DNA of 62,055 nucleotides, counting the filler, from Sphacelaria rigidula (lineage: Eukaryota): NCBI GenBank assembly GCA_964200075.2. It is 3 parts of 3 records of this genome, joined end to end, with 100 filler letters (N's around TTAATTAATTAA, not from the genome) between each part and the next. Parts side by side here need not be neighbours in the genome. Positions count along the whole stretch, not along the records: positions 1 to 20,629 come from CAXNAA020000507.1; positions 20,730 to 41,343 come from CAXNAA020000508.1; 1 more part is not named here. One strand, given 5' to 3'. A program made the position numbers and the translations under genes. Below, in pieces: positions 11,901-24,089 of this stretch (within the stretch, counting starts at the first letter, position 1; each line of letters begins with the position of its first letter). The notes under the pieces were generated by a model. It was not told the origin of the DNA. It did not search any database and saw only the letters and a list, made by a program, of their open reading frames with translations.

Positions 11901-13182
11901 TGATCAAATGCTAGACTATGCGTGATGGACAGGTTTTCATATGGCCAGCATTTCATGTGTGTTATTCTCACGCGTTCACGTTCCTCAAGCGGTGCAACGA
12001 TGGCTCTGTGAGATGTTCACTTTTGCCGTCCGGTTCACAGACGGTCACTCGAGGCCTGTGTCCGGCTGAGGGATGGTCACGTGAGAGCTTGCCATGCGCG
12101 TCACATGGATTCATTGTTACAATGCATCTCGATGTGTCATTGGGCACACTCGAAATTCGCTCAAGGGGAAGAGCCCAGACGCAACAGAGCGTTATGTTGT
12201 CGATAGAACAGCACAGTACACAGCTTGGCACACGCAGGTGAGCATTGGTAGCAAGCGTCTCTGCAAACGATCGTGTTTGACCCATGTGTCCTTACAAGTG
12301 TACGCTATCTAGTGTTCCGAGAGTATGCCTACCACAGTTTCCCCTTCACTCAAGACCCTGGAGCACCATATACCGGTCGTGCTGCCAGGGTGCATATTTC
12401 GACCTTGAAGACACAGCTGCCCCGGACCACATATGAATCGAATGCAGGGTACATGGTTGTGTTTTACCTGACCGCGGGTCTGGGTTTGCGGTTTCCCACG
12501 GTAGAAGCCGACCATTGACAAGCGTGCGCAGGCGCACTGCTCATTAATTATGCACATCTTTGCACATGACATGCTGGCGCACACTTGAAGGGTCCTTGAA
12601 GGGTAATGGGATGTTCGTTTGACTAGTATGATGGAGGAGACAAGTTCATCATGTCACAGAAATATGGAATGGAATCAGATGTCACAGTGTCAGCGAATGA
12701 ACGGCAAGTCGTTGCCCCTGCTCAGGCCTTTTGTCGTCAGCTGGCACCAAACATTTACAGTCGCCCTCGAAGCACCACCACCCCAGTGCCATACGCATTG
12801 CGCAGAACGGAACATGAAACATTCCCTTGCTTGAGAACGCATGTGCTACACATGTGTACAGTGCCTGTTTTGTTCACAACGTTAGTGCCCAACTAACGTA
12901 GCATAGCCGTTCATGTAGCACTCATTTTCGCGGGATACGCGAAATGGGTGCTCATTCCAAAAGGCATGTGTTTAATGCGGGTAGAAAGGTACTCCCTCTG
13001 ATCGCGAATATAAGCTAGGTGAAGGAAATTCGTAATATGAGCGAGGTTTGTACTATATGATCCAAAGGAGGCCATGTAGGCATCGTTGGGCGTCGGATAA
13101 AGTTTATATGTACAACCCGATAATGGAAGAAAACAACAACAAAGGAAACGGGCGGGGATGATTCGTTATCATTCCCTGGTTG

Positions 13183-13203
13183 CCTAACCCTAACCCCAAC
13201 CCT
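13183..13203 (+). repeat. short interstitial telomere-like (CCCTAA) tract
   Basis: cctaaccctaaccccaaccct. A similar tract lies at ~59666-59688. Confidence 0.5.
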
Positions 13204-14602
13204 GAGCTGCCGGCAAGGAGGTACCGTATCACTTCGTATTTCTCAGAATTGTTGACTTTCTTGCGCTTTGGCCCTTGGGCTGCACTCCCAGCAGCAGGCA
13301 TGTCTCATCAAACGATGGGGAGGCTTTGTCCGGAGCCTCAAAAAGAGGGTGGTGATTCCGAGCTACTTCTGATAGGGTTGGATAACCGTTTTCAGAGGGG
13401 AATTTGAGGGAGACCGGTCCTTGTTGTTCGGCAAGAACGCGGAGAAATTGTAAAAAAACGGTTCGCGGAACCCTATCCTGGGCCCGAGTGGGACCGCGTT
13501 TTGTCCTCACGTTGCCTATATTCGCGAGCAGGGGGGAAATGTTCACCGTATGAGCTGGACCGGCCAACAGTGATTTTTGAACAAAGAGTAGAGATGCGGT
13601 TAGCAACTCTAGGAGTTAGGCGCTGAAAGTTTGACACGACATTTCTGTCATCAATCCACGCAACCCTATAGGTAGAGTAGAGGAAAAAAACAAACAGGAA
13701 GTTAGGGCGAGTTGAAGTTTCAGCAAAAACAGGGAACATGCTATAACTTCCTTCAAAATTCATGAAAACCATGACAACAGTCCACAACGGGCACTCGCGT
13801 CAACCACATCCTGGTAACGTTTCAGCCAGGAGTACCTCAAGTTGGGCTTCGCGCCGCATTTTCCGTGTAACACGGCTGCGCTCCGCTGGTCAAACTGATA
13901 CAGCAGCCTCAAATTACGCAGGTCACGATTTCGAATCCCGACACGACAAAAACGTTTTGTGTTCATAATCTCTCGTACCTCCGGGTTGTGAAGGGTCTCG
14001 AAATTTTGGTGACGGTCTTGCTTTTGGATGAGGGTATAGCGCAGTTTCCAGTAGTATCTCTCCGTCGTGCAGTGATATACGACAGTTAGCTCGGAGGTTC
14101 TCTCTCCTGGCGGAGCTCATGACGAGCTTGATACCATCTTGCAGCACTGCCAGTGTGCTCTAACCTGGGCATGTCGGGTGTTCGTGTACCTTCGCGGCGC
14201 AACGGTCTATCGTAATTCCACTGCATTCTGTGAAACGAAACGTCTCCAGACACGCTGTCACGCAACTAAAAGAGACGTACCCGACACTCAATGCAGTTCA
14301 ATAACATCATCGCCAAAACTGCGGCAATCAAGCAGCGGCGGTGCAGTGTGTTACCAGGTAGATCTGCAGTTTACAGCGATATGGTCAAGTCGCGCTTATT
14401 TGGGAAACTTGAAAAGTTGTGGTGTGGAGAGACAATGTGGGATTTACTGCCGGCCCAGCTCGTATGATGTGTGTCTGATACAGGCGGGATGATACATGAT
14501 CAGGCTAAATAGCACGTTCAACAATGCTGATATTCTGGTAGTCTACAAGGCGTTTCCCCAACGAATGGCCAGATATGGGTGCGTTCCGAATATTTTACCC
14601 TT

Positions 14603-15247
14603 GAAGACGGGATTTTACGAATGGAGATGGAATTTTTGGGGTGATGGACAAGGTCAAAAGTTGGACCGACTATTCGGGGGTATCCGTACAGACCGCCATG
14701 TATTGTAAGCGGATTGGTAGTTGCACGTTGGGTTTCAATCCATCCGAACATCGAACAGAACACAAATAATCATGTATATCCGTGATTTCATACCCTTCAG
14801 TAGTTTCCATGAGCCCCACAATATCCCAAGCAGATCGAACGGCGAGTGTAACATTAAATTAATATAGAAAATGATCTGCGTTCACCATTAAAAGCGAGTG
14901 TTACACGGATGCAACGGACGTTTTGCATTTGTGCGATCCGGTCGGATCGCAAATACAAACGATGTCCTCCCACGGACACTTTTAATTCAATACGTCGATG
15001 TGGTCTCAGCCTCCCCATATCTTACAGTCAACACCCACCATGGTGGTTGCTCCGCGGCCCGGCATTGACTCGCGCCGCTGCCCCCACCGCCGCCGCTGAA
15101 CGCCCTCCGAAAGCTCGGGCGACCTATCCGAGAAGTGAAAAAAACAACAACATTTCCAAATAATTTTTTTTGCACTTTTCGTTCCAACTTTTGACCTTGT
15201 CCATTTCCCCCCAAACATCCATCTCCCATTTGTAGAATATCGTCTTC
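14603..15247. mobile_element. MITE with ~65-bp terminal inverted repeats
   Basis: atggacaaggtcaaaagttgga (14644) is inverse to tccaacttttgaccttgtccat (15183). The match extends outward to gaagacg / cgtcttc. Confidence 0.7.
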
Positions 15248-15639
15248 TTGTCAGGCGTCTTCCGGTTTCCACAAGGGCTGTAAAGGAAACGACCTTTACG
15301 GCGACGATTATCGTAATGTCGGCGTCATCTTGAATGTTTGCACCAATCGTGTACAGTCGTAACATACTCATCCAACAGATGTGCAGTGCGCTGTACTCAA
15401 AGCCTCGTTGTGTCTCCCAACAGCCTTTCGCTCTGCTCAACTTCTGGTGTTTTCCTGACATGACACTCTGACCCTGGCGACAACAAGCATGTACTACCAT
15501 GCACACCATGTACACGCGATACGAGCCGTGAATTATGACGCAGGAGTGACTAAAGTAAATGTCAGGTAACCCGACATGTGAACTCACTTGGGGTTGAAGT
15601 GGAAACCAGAGCAATACATCACTGTTGGTTTTGATCATA

Positions 15640-15755
15640 TCCAATATGACAAAAGAGACGGAGATATTCAAGCATGGAAGCACATGTTCGCACATGTTCA
15701 CGGTACCCGATATGAGAAAAGAGAGAGATATTCAAGCATGGGAGCACATGTGCCC
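15640..15755 (+). repeat. short tandem duplication
   Basis: atatga.aaaagaga..gagatattcaagcatgg.agcacatgt occurs twice. Confidence 0.7.
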
Positions 15756-16451
15756 GTGTGATGATATTCGGCAAATATGTATGTATTTTTGCGCGTGTGC
15801 GCATCCCAAGTTCGTTATCAAGATTGATATAATTGCTTTCGACGGTCGCGTGTACCGGTGTTGAGAACAAATCACATCCCCGTTCTATTTATATTTTGTA
15901 GCAGTGGAACAGAACAGGGTCAAACCAGGCCAGTAGCTCGGAACGTGATCAGGTATCTTCGAGTTCAGGACGATTTCCTCTAACTTTGTTGGTGTATATG
16001 ATCTCCCCCAACGTTGTCAGATATTCTGCCAGTGTAGAGCAGCTGCCCAAAACGTTGGCACGTGTTCTACAATCTCTGAATTGTGTAATACTACATGTAT
16101 TAAGTCCGGTGGATCACGACATGGTATTATGCGTTCAAGCTTGTCTGCTTTCATTTATCTGTTGTATCCTTTCAATGCTATTTGTACTTCAGATCCATAC
16201 CGCCGTACTGGTGCGAAAGTTCCATTCATTCAAATCACCTTGGGCACTCGAGTTGTAGTCGTGGCGATCGGTTTATGCAAAGCGTTATTTCAGTAAGTGC
16301 AGATAGCGCCTCTTCTTCCCGTTGGAGTGCGACGATAGCGTTTTTTTCAAGTCGCTTTCTCCTGCAGCTGACAGAAGGACCCTCCGTTGTTTTGCCAATT
16401 GTGCTACCGTGAAACGTCATTTCTCTTCAGAAACACCACGCGACAGAGCTG

Positions 16452-18839
16452 ATGGCCAGCGGGGCAAAACCAGAGTGCATCAACGAGGGCTGCTCAAAGC
16501 GGCCATCGTATGGTGTACCGGGCTACAAAGCGGAGTTTTGCTTGAAGCATGCCAGGGTGGGAATGGTGGATGTGGTGAACAAGAAATGTGGCGACGTGGG
16601 CTGCTCTACAAGGCCGTTGTATGGTGTAGCGGGAAGCAAGAAGGCGGAGTTCTGCTTTCAGCATGCCGAGACGGGAATGGTGAACGTGGCGAAGAGGACG
16701 TGCGGCGACGAGGGCTGCTCGAAGCAACCGTCGTATGGTGTAGCGGGAAGCCAGAAGGCGAAGTTCTGCTCTCGGCATGCCAAGGCGGGAATGGTGGATG
16801 TGGTGACGAAGAAATGCGGCGACAAGGGCTGCTCGAAGCAGCCATCGTATGGTGTAGCGGGAAGCCAGAAGGCGAAGTTCTGCTCTCAGCATGCCGAGGC
16901 GAGAATGGTAAATGTGGTAAAGAGGACGTGCGGCGACGAGGGCTGCTCAAAGAAGCCGTCGTATGGTGTAGCGGGAAGCAAGAAGGCGGAGTTCTGCTCT
17001 CAGCATGCCAAGGTAGGAATGATGGATGTGGTGCACAAGAGGTGTGGCGACCAGGGCTGCTCCAAGTTGTCGTCGTTTGGCGTAGCGGGAAGCAAGAAGG
17101 CGGAGTTCTGCTCGAAGCATGCCGAGGCGGGAATGGTGAACGTGGTAAAGAGGACATGCGGCGACGAGGGCTGCTGAGGGAGGCCGTCGTATGGTGTAGC
17201 GGGAAGCAAGAAGGCGAAGTTCTGCTCGAAGCATGCCAGGGCGGGAATGGTGGATGTGGTGGCGAAGAAATGCAGCGACAAGGGCTGCTCGAAGCAGCCA
17301 TCGCATGGTGTAGCGGGAAGCAAGAAGGCGGAATTCTGCTCTCAGCATGCCGAGGCGGGAATGGTGAACGTGGTGAAGAGGACGTGCGGCGACGACGGCT
17401 GCTCTAAAAGGCCGTCGTATGGTGTAGCGGGAAGCAAGAAGGCGGAGTTCTGCTCTCAGCATGCCAGAGCGGGAATGGTGTATGTGGTGAAGAAGGCGTG
17501 CGGCGACGAGGGCTGCTCGAAGCAGCCGTCGTATGGTGTAGCGGGAAGCAAGAAGGCGGAATTCTGCTCTCAGCATGCCAGGGCGGGAATGGTGTATGTG
17601 GTTAAGAAGGCGTGCGGCGACGAGGGCTCCTCGACAAGGCCGTCGTATGGCGTAGCGGCAAGCAAGAAGGTGGAGTTGAGCTCTCAGCATGCCAGGGCAG
17701 GAATGGAGCATGCCAAGGCGGGGATGGTGGATGTGGTGACGAAGAAATGCGGCGACGAGGGCTGCTCGAAGCAGCCGTCGTATGGTGTAGCGGGAAGCAA
17801 GAAGGCGGAGTTCGGCCCTGAGCATGCCAGGGCGGGAATGGTGGATGTGGTGACCAAGAAATGTGGCCACCAGGGCTGCCCCATGCGCCCATTTTGTGGT
17901 GTGGCGGGAAGCAAGAAGGCGGAGTTCTGCTCGAAGCATGCCAGGGAGGAAATGGCGGATGTGCATAAGAGTTGTGGCGAAGAGGGCTGCTCGAAGTATC
18001 CATCAATCGGCGTGGCGGGAAGCCACACGCCGGAGTTCCGCTCCAAGCATGCCAGGGCAGGAACGGTGGATGTGGTGACCAAGAAGCGCGGTGGTGATGG
18101 CTGCTGCAAAAGGCCGTCGTATGGTATAGCGGGAAGCAAGAAGGCGGAATTTTGCTCTCACTATGCCAAGGCGGGCGTCGTTCGTGTGGTGAGCTACAAG
18201 GCTTGCAAAGAGGGACGCTTAAAAACGGGTATTCTCAAGAGCGACCACCTTGGTAAGACAATGTTGTGCCGGCAGCATCCCACTGCGCATGAAGCAGCTA
18301 CAGTATACGACGTGGAATACCTCAGCACTGGGGAGGCCACCTCCACCCGCAACACAACCGACGATGGTGGAGGAAACGTCGCTGGCGTGCGAGGAACAAA
18401 ACGCAAGTGGGTACCATGCTTGTGCTCTAGTACAAGCGACGTTGTTGATGCTCGACGTGGTGTGCCCCCTGTTGCCAGGCGTGGTGGTGTAACACCACTG
18501 TTACTTGCGGGCCAGCTACCCTCAGGGGCTGATGGTGAGGTGTCTTCCGTGCCAGGGGTAGGAGCAGGAATTAAGGTAGAGGTGTCAGCTCCTTCTCCTA
18601 CTGACGGTGACGCTATTATGGGAGAGTGTAGCAAGCATGCTGCCCCTTTGAGGGTTTGGAGCCGTGCAGGTGGTGAAAGTAGCTCCGGCAGCAACAGTTG
18701 TGGTGTGAGCGCAGGACGGCTTTATGGCTCGCCGGCAGTTGTATGTGGATCTTTTGTCCGGTTCGTTGGTGTGGAATCAGTAGAGACGTTGAAGGGTTCA
18801 AGCGTGAAGTTGGAGCTAGGAGTGGCGTCCGACAGATGA
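16452..18839 (+). pseudogene. EsV-1-7 cysteine-rich repeat protein gene (about 15 x 38-aa C-x4-C-x16-C-x2-H repeats) with one in-frame TGA at 17175-17177; a pseudogene or a truncated 6-repeat allele
   Basis: ORFs 16452-17177 and 17247-18839 are in the same frame, and the 23 codons between them continue the repeat (GC*GRPSYGVAGSKKAKFCSKHARAG). The consensus KKCGDEGCSKQPSYGVAGSKKAEFCSQHAKAGMVDVV is the EsV-1-7 motif. A possible in-frame splice acceptor ttctcttcag ends at 16430. Confidence 0.92.
16476..18200 (+). repeat. coding 114-bp tandem repeat array with a partial 228-bp A/B higher-order period
   Basis: Units KKCG...HAEAGMVNVVK alternate with RTCG...HA(K/R)AGMVDVV over repeats 2-9. Confidence 0.9.
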
Positions 18840-20629
18840 TGGATGATGCTATTCCTTGTACTGATTCTGTTTAGATTACACGGGGAGTATGCCGGACGCT
18901 AGCTTGCACGACCCGACCCCTCAAACGGAAAGTGGCTGGTACGGATTGGTTTGCTACCTCGATGCGGAGGAGACCGTAAGGTTACGGGGCCCTGATATCC
19001 CAATGCTATGTTCCACCAGTGTGTCGTGGACCCTTGATTTGTACAGTTGTGATCGCCATGTGTCTTGTAGTCATGTGCCGAGAGCTGCCCCAAGGTAGAT
19101 GCACTGTGGAAATCGGCCACCGAATGAAACGTGACACTGCTGTTGACGTTCAACTCATGCAGCAATTATGTCCAGCTTTCTCTGGATAATGCTGTGCGAT
19201 TTCGAGGTGCATGCCTCTAGCACCATGATAAAGGCACGGAGACGGAGACGGGCGTTCAACTTGTCACCCTCGTTCATCTCACACCTGCATGTGTATCCAA
19301 AACCAGAGCGCACGTAGTGTCTCACATTTTTGTACAGACACTATCGCCGTAAGCAAAGCTACAGTAGGGGTGCACTTTTCGCGCAAAAGCTTGTCTGGTT
19401 GAGGCGCTAAATGCGAAAAAGTATATCGACCAATCAGCGCCCGTCGAATTGTTCCGAGGTCAAAAATTCTCCGAGGCACTTGGGGCTGAAAAGGCTTCTA
19501 CTGAACCAAAATTGAAAAGGTTTTCGTCCTGCCCCCTATCCTATTCGTCCGGACCTTACGAAGCTCCGAAGCACGCAAGTTTTTTTCCCGAAGTGATTCG
19601 AAGCCGCGCTGTGCGAAAACAACCATCCCATCGTTCTTCAAACAAACATGAATCGTGACGCCCTCAACAAGTTTCAGCTTCATTGGTGCTCATGGCGTTG
19701 TGTTTCGCTTCCGTCTCTGGGCGCACTCGAGTGTTGGAATAGCTCGTGTTGAGCGGCACTGTCGTCAAGAAATGCCAACCACGTATTCAGCGAATAGTGG
19801 TCTATGCAGAGGGTGCACCAGTGATCGTCAGATCACTTGCTTCTGCAGCATAGATAAAAACAGTTGAAGGAGATGGCTGTTGGGCTCTTCATCAGGCCAA
19901 GGCAAAATAGAATGCACAGTTCCTCCGGAAAGCAGTAACTGGAGGTGATGGAATAGGGAGAGAGAGCATGGGCGATCGAGGTGACCGAGTCCAAGCTCCT
20001 CGATTCCTGGAACAAAAACAAATCGCTATACGTACGTAGCAAAAAGGCTTCCACGTCACTTGCGTGGCGTAGCGCCAGCTCATACACAACAGGATATACT
20101 GCAAGCTGTGCTACCCACCTACTTCTACAGCATACTATTGTGTAACAATCCCTGGCAGCACACTGTCATTATTGAAACCTCACGTGGCAACAAGATACCA
20201 TGTACTGTAACGGCGAGAAACTGTAAATACGCCGTTTGGCGTGAGCGGAGTGAACCGTAACCAACTACGCCGCTATTTGCCACAGAGTTTGAACTCATAG
20301 ATAGAACAAGCAGCTGGGGTACAGGCTGCGTAGAATTCCAACATCCCCTCATGAGTTGAACGTTGTGGAAAATCAACTCCCAATCAAACTGCAAATCAGG
20401 TATACAAACAGGAGAAACGACAAGGTACACCTTACTGATGTGTGGGCATTAGTCTGCATGAAAATTGCATATCTACCTCGTCAACAGACGCTAGTATAAA
20501 ACTCGCTACACTTCTAAGGTTGGCAGTATGTACTCCCTTTCTTCTTTATTCTTTATCTCTGTTTGCTTGTACCGCGTTTTGTGAGTTTTTCACTCTGGAT
20601 CTACTTTATTTTATTTTGGTTTCTTCTGC

Positions 20630-20729
20630 NNNNNNNNNNNNNNNNNNNNNNNNNNNNNNNNNNNNNNNNNNNNTTAATTAATTAANNNNNNNNNNNNNNN
20701 NNNNNNNNNNNNNNNNNNNNNNNNNNNNN
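20630..20729. other. assembly gap with artificial TTAATTAATTAA linker
   Basis: N44-TTAATTAATTAA-N44. Confidence 0.98.
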
Positions 20730-20744
20730 GCTTCCGCCGGTGTG

Positions 20745-20830
20745 CGTGTGCCTACTCATCTGTTGCTTGTCTGTGTCAGGTGACCATTGACCACGCATCC
20801 CTTTCGAGACGGAGCATGGGGGGGGGGGTA
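20745..20830 (+). repeat. dispersed G-tract-associated module (family G)
   Basis: tactcat.tgttgcttg...gaccattgaccacgcatccctttcgagacggagca. Also at 41460-41580 (-), 59715-59895 and 60405-60800. Confidence 0.8.
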
Positions 20831-21387
20831 CCCCCCTGATCAATGGATGATGGCGATAGTACTTACTGTGTGTGTGCGCATCGGTCTTAGAACTCACATC
20901 CATGTATCTGAAATATGTTGCTTGCTGCTGTGTTCGACATTGCGTATCAACCGCAGCGTGACGCCTTTGGCGGTACTATCCACTCACTACACAGCGGCAG
21001 GGTGCAGGGTGACAAAGCACACCGCAGAATGTCACATCGTTAGCCTGTCCCTGTCCTGCATTAATTTTGCGCTGTCCTTTTTTTTTTTTCTTGATGGAAG
21101 GAGGAAACCCAACCCAACACTTTCCTCGCTGGCGACCGAAACGATCGCGAGCGAGTTCGTGTGCTGTGCGCTGTCCTATCCAGTTCGCCAACTCATGAAC
21201 GCAGTCGCCTGTACGTGCGGTCAACGTGTACGCGGGATGACACCCCTCGCTACGCGCTATATCGCTACACCACATTTTGGAAAGCTGCCCGTGTTGCAGC
21301 TACAGCGTGCGGTTGCCCCAGGTGGTGCACGCAGCGGTCAAAGACCGCCTACGCCGTTGTAATGGCTGCCTACCGAGGAAAACTGCT

Positions 21388-21489
21388 ATGCTGACCACCC
21401 TCCTGTGTGACCCCGGCTGGTGCGCCCACATATAACGAAAGGTCGAGACTGGCATCCAGAACAGATGGGGCGACAACACACACAACACG
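21388..21489 (+). mobile_element. 5'-truncated SINE (family S)
   Basis: cctcctgtgtgaccccggctggtgcgcccacatata...agatggggcgacaacacacacaacac. Confidence 0.8.
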
Positions 21490-24089
21490 CTGTGCGCAGT
21501 ACACTTTTTAATTCGTGTTCGTACTGATTGTAGAAATCTTCATCTATGGTCTGGTCCGTTTCCACATATAGTGCAGGGTCTGGTACATTTCCACATGTAT
21601 GTAATGTTACTCTGTGGGGTCATGAAAAACTTCGTACCATCTGGGCAAACTGCAGGTGAAGCAATCGCCGAAATATTCATCTGCAAACGCTGCTGCAGTG
21701 CACTGTTTTATCGCTAGAAGGATACGCTAGCGTTGCTACTGTCTGTACAGGGATGTTGCTCCCTTGTCGAGTACGTGGGAAAGGCTCCTTGGCAGAACGC
21801 AGTGGTCGCGTCAAGCAGCTGTACGCTGGGCGTTCTCACTCAAGGCTTCGATTTGGAGGATGATACTAGGTAGGCAGCAGCAACTGCGGTATGTCCAGGT
21901 GCCCCTTCGAGCAAGATGCGTTTGGTTTCTGTTCAACAAAGTTTCCCCCCGAAAACGAAATCAATAGGGGTTTTAGAGTGGAGAGATATTGCAAAGAACC
22001 GAGTCGCAAAAAATGGTCAGTCGAAATTTTTTCCCGGAGCAGAAACCAAATTTACTTCGTGAAATTGGAATGTTCATGACAGAATTCGGAAGTAACTCAG
22101 AAACCGCGACTAGGAACGGTCCAGTAAGGGAGTGGCGCCACGGCAGGGGTGCGCAAAACAATTCTCAGGTTCGAAATGTTCGGACCCCTCCATCTTATCG
22201 GAAGAAAAATTATGGTATTGCTTCTTACTTCAGGGACCCCTAAATGAGAATATCTAGGCCAAAATGTGTAACCCTACCGCGGCAATACTCAAAATCAATG
22301 GGGATGAAATATCAATATTCGAGGTTTCGAGAGGCAACTACGAGAAGTCACGAATGCACCGCGAGCCCTTCCATCTCTCATTCTTTGTATTTTCAAATGT
22401 TAATTTTGATTCCAATAATCGATTGCTTTGTACCGTTGTTGGTCACAATATACCCAGCATTGGCAGCCGAACACCTACCAGCTTCAGCCTTTCGCAGTCG
22501 CCTCTGGGTGCATATGTACATCCGCGATACTATTCGTACCACAAAGTGTCTCCAAGCACGCGACTGAGACTTAAACACTACAGAAGCAATGCCAGATCAG
22601 CTGATATCTCCGTCTGTTGCGTAGGGTGCCTTCCCTCCCAGCGCACATCTCAAGGGTAGTAAAAGGCTGTGCAGAGCTTGTCGGGCATCTTCCGTTCGTT
22701 TTGCCGCAAAACGGTACACGAGCCCGCTGCACCATCCGCCGTACCCGCCGCGTAATCTACTTACCGAGGACAGACATCGTTCGCCGTTTTGTGCATGATT
22801 TGTCCCATGACAACCTCCACCGGGTCGCAAGCCTCTCGGCAGAGATGATCGCTGCCTAGCTTCCTCTGCTAACAACGGAGACGTGACATCTTCCACGCGT
22901 GGGCCAAGAAGTACTACTACACCTACCACCTGCAGTATACGGCGCAGGGCATCGAGCAGGGAGATCTTCGTGAACCAAAAAACATTATATTCGGGAAACT
23001 GCAACACTGTTGAAAGTAAGTTGTGCCGCTATAGGCTCCCTGAGGCCCGCATGTACCCAACAGAGGAACATACGTGCGACAGGAGAGGTGCCCGCGCAGT
23101 AGGTGGTCGACGCTGACCGCCGAGGTGGGTCATCGGGTATCATCTTATGAACTCATCAAGCGAAATGATGCCAATTCAACATATGGGATAACCTGGTGGC
23201 CAAAGAGCAGCCCTTCGACCGCCAGGGTGGATCATCTGGTTCACGTATTACTATTCCAAGGGACAGCGATGCCAATCTAACAGATGAGCTACCACTGTCG
23301 CAAACAGGTGAGCCCTCAACCGCTAGGCTGGGTCATGTTGGATCGGCATCATTTCACATACGAAACGATTTTGATACCCTGATGACCCATCCCAACGGTC
23401 AATGGATTGGAACTGGTACCCCGTCGTCCACTCACTACAAACAGATATATTTCTCCTGTTATACGTATATTCCTCTGTTGAACATATGTGCGAGTTTTCC
23501 GCCAGGACAGCTCAAGACATCCGGCTACTACGACGAGTGACACATATGACCACGCATGCACACCTTTGCGCAAAAAGCTAACAGCTTGCGCCATGCTCAC
23601 TTTCCGAGAAGAACCGCCCGGTGTCAATCAAGGTAGGTTGACACCACCACAAATACAGTGTACCATTTTAAATACACAACGCCTCACAGACGTGCACTTT
23701 CGGTGACTCACGTTCATTCCCAACATCCTTTCGCGAATGGAGAGGTCCGGTAGTTCCTCGAGAACGAGAGAGTCCAACATCAAAGGCTCCCAACGGCTTT
23801 CTTCCTCATCCCTGTTCGGAGAAGTCTGAGAACGCGATACAACATTGGGCATGAATATTCATGCTGTGACGGCATGGAAAATGCGCCTTATTGAGACAGA
23901 CAACAGAAATAGCACACCGTAGCACGATTACTGTGCAGCATTTTATGCGATTGGTCATAGTATTCGTTGCCAGAAAATCTCCTCCCAACAGTGCCAACCA
24001 GTGATATTTGCAAGCGAAGGACCAAATCCCGGTCTACCATTGTTAGATAAGGGTACAGGCTGGCTCAAGGGAAAAAAAAAACACTCATC

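Noticed and set aside
17175-17177. Selenocysteine interpretation of the TGA
   Set aside because: It aligns with a Ser codon, not Cys, and is one base from TCA. I did not identify a SECIS element.
16322-18139. Long alternative-frame and antisense ORFs (16322-17407 +, 16606-17301 -, 16947-17966 -, others)
   Set aside because: Shadows of the 114-bp coding repeat; only the Cys/His frame matches a known motif.
20674-20685. TTAATTAATTAA palindrome inside N runs (also 41388-41399)
   Set aside because: Artificial scaffolding linker with stops in all frames; adjacency across the gaps is not guaranteed.
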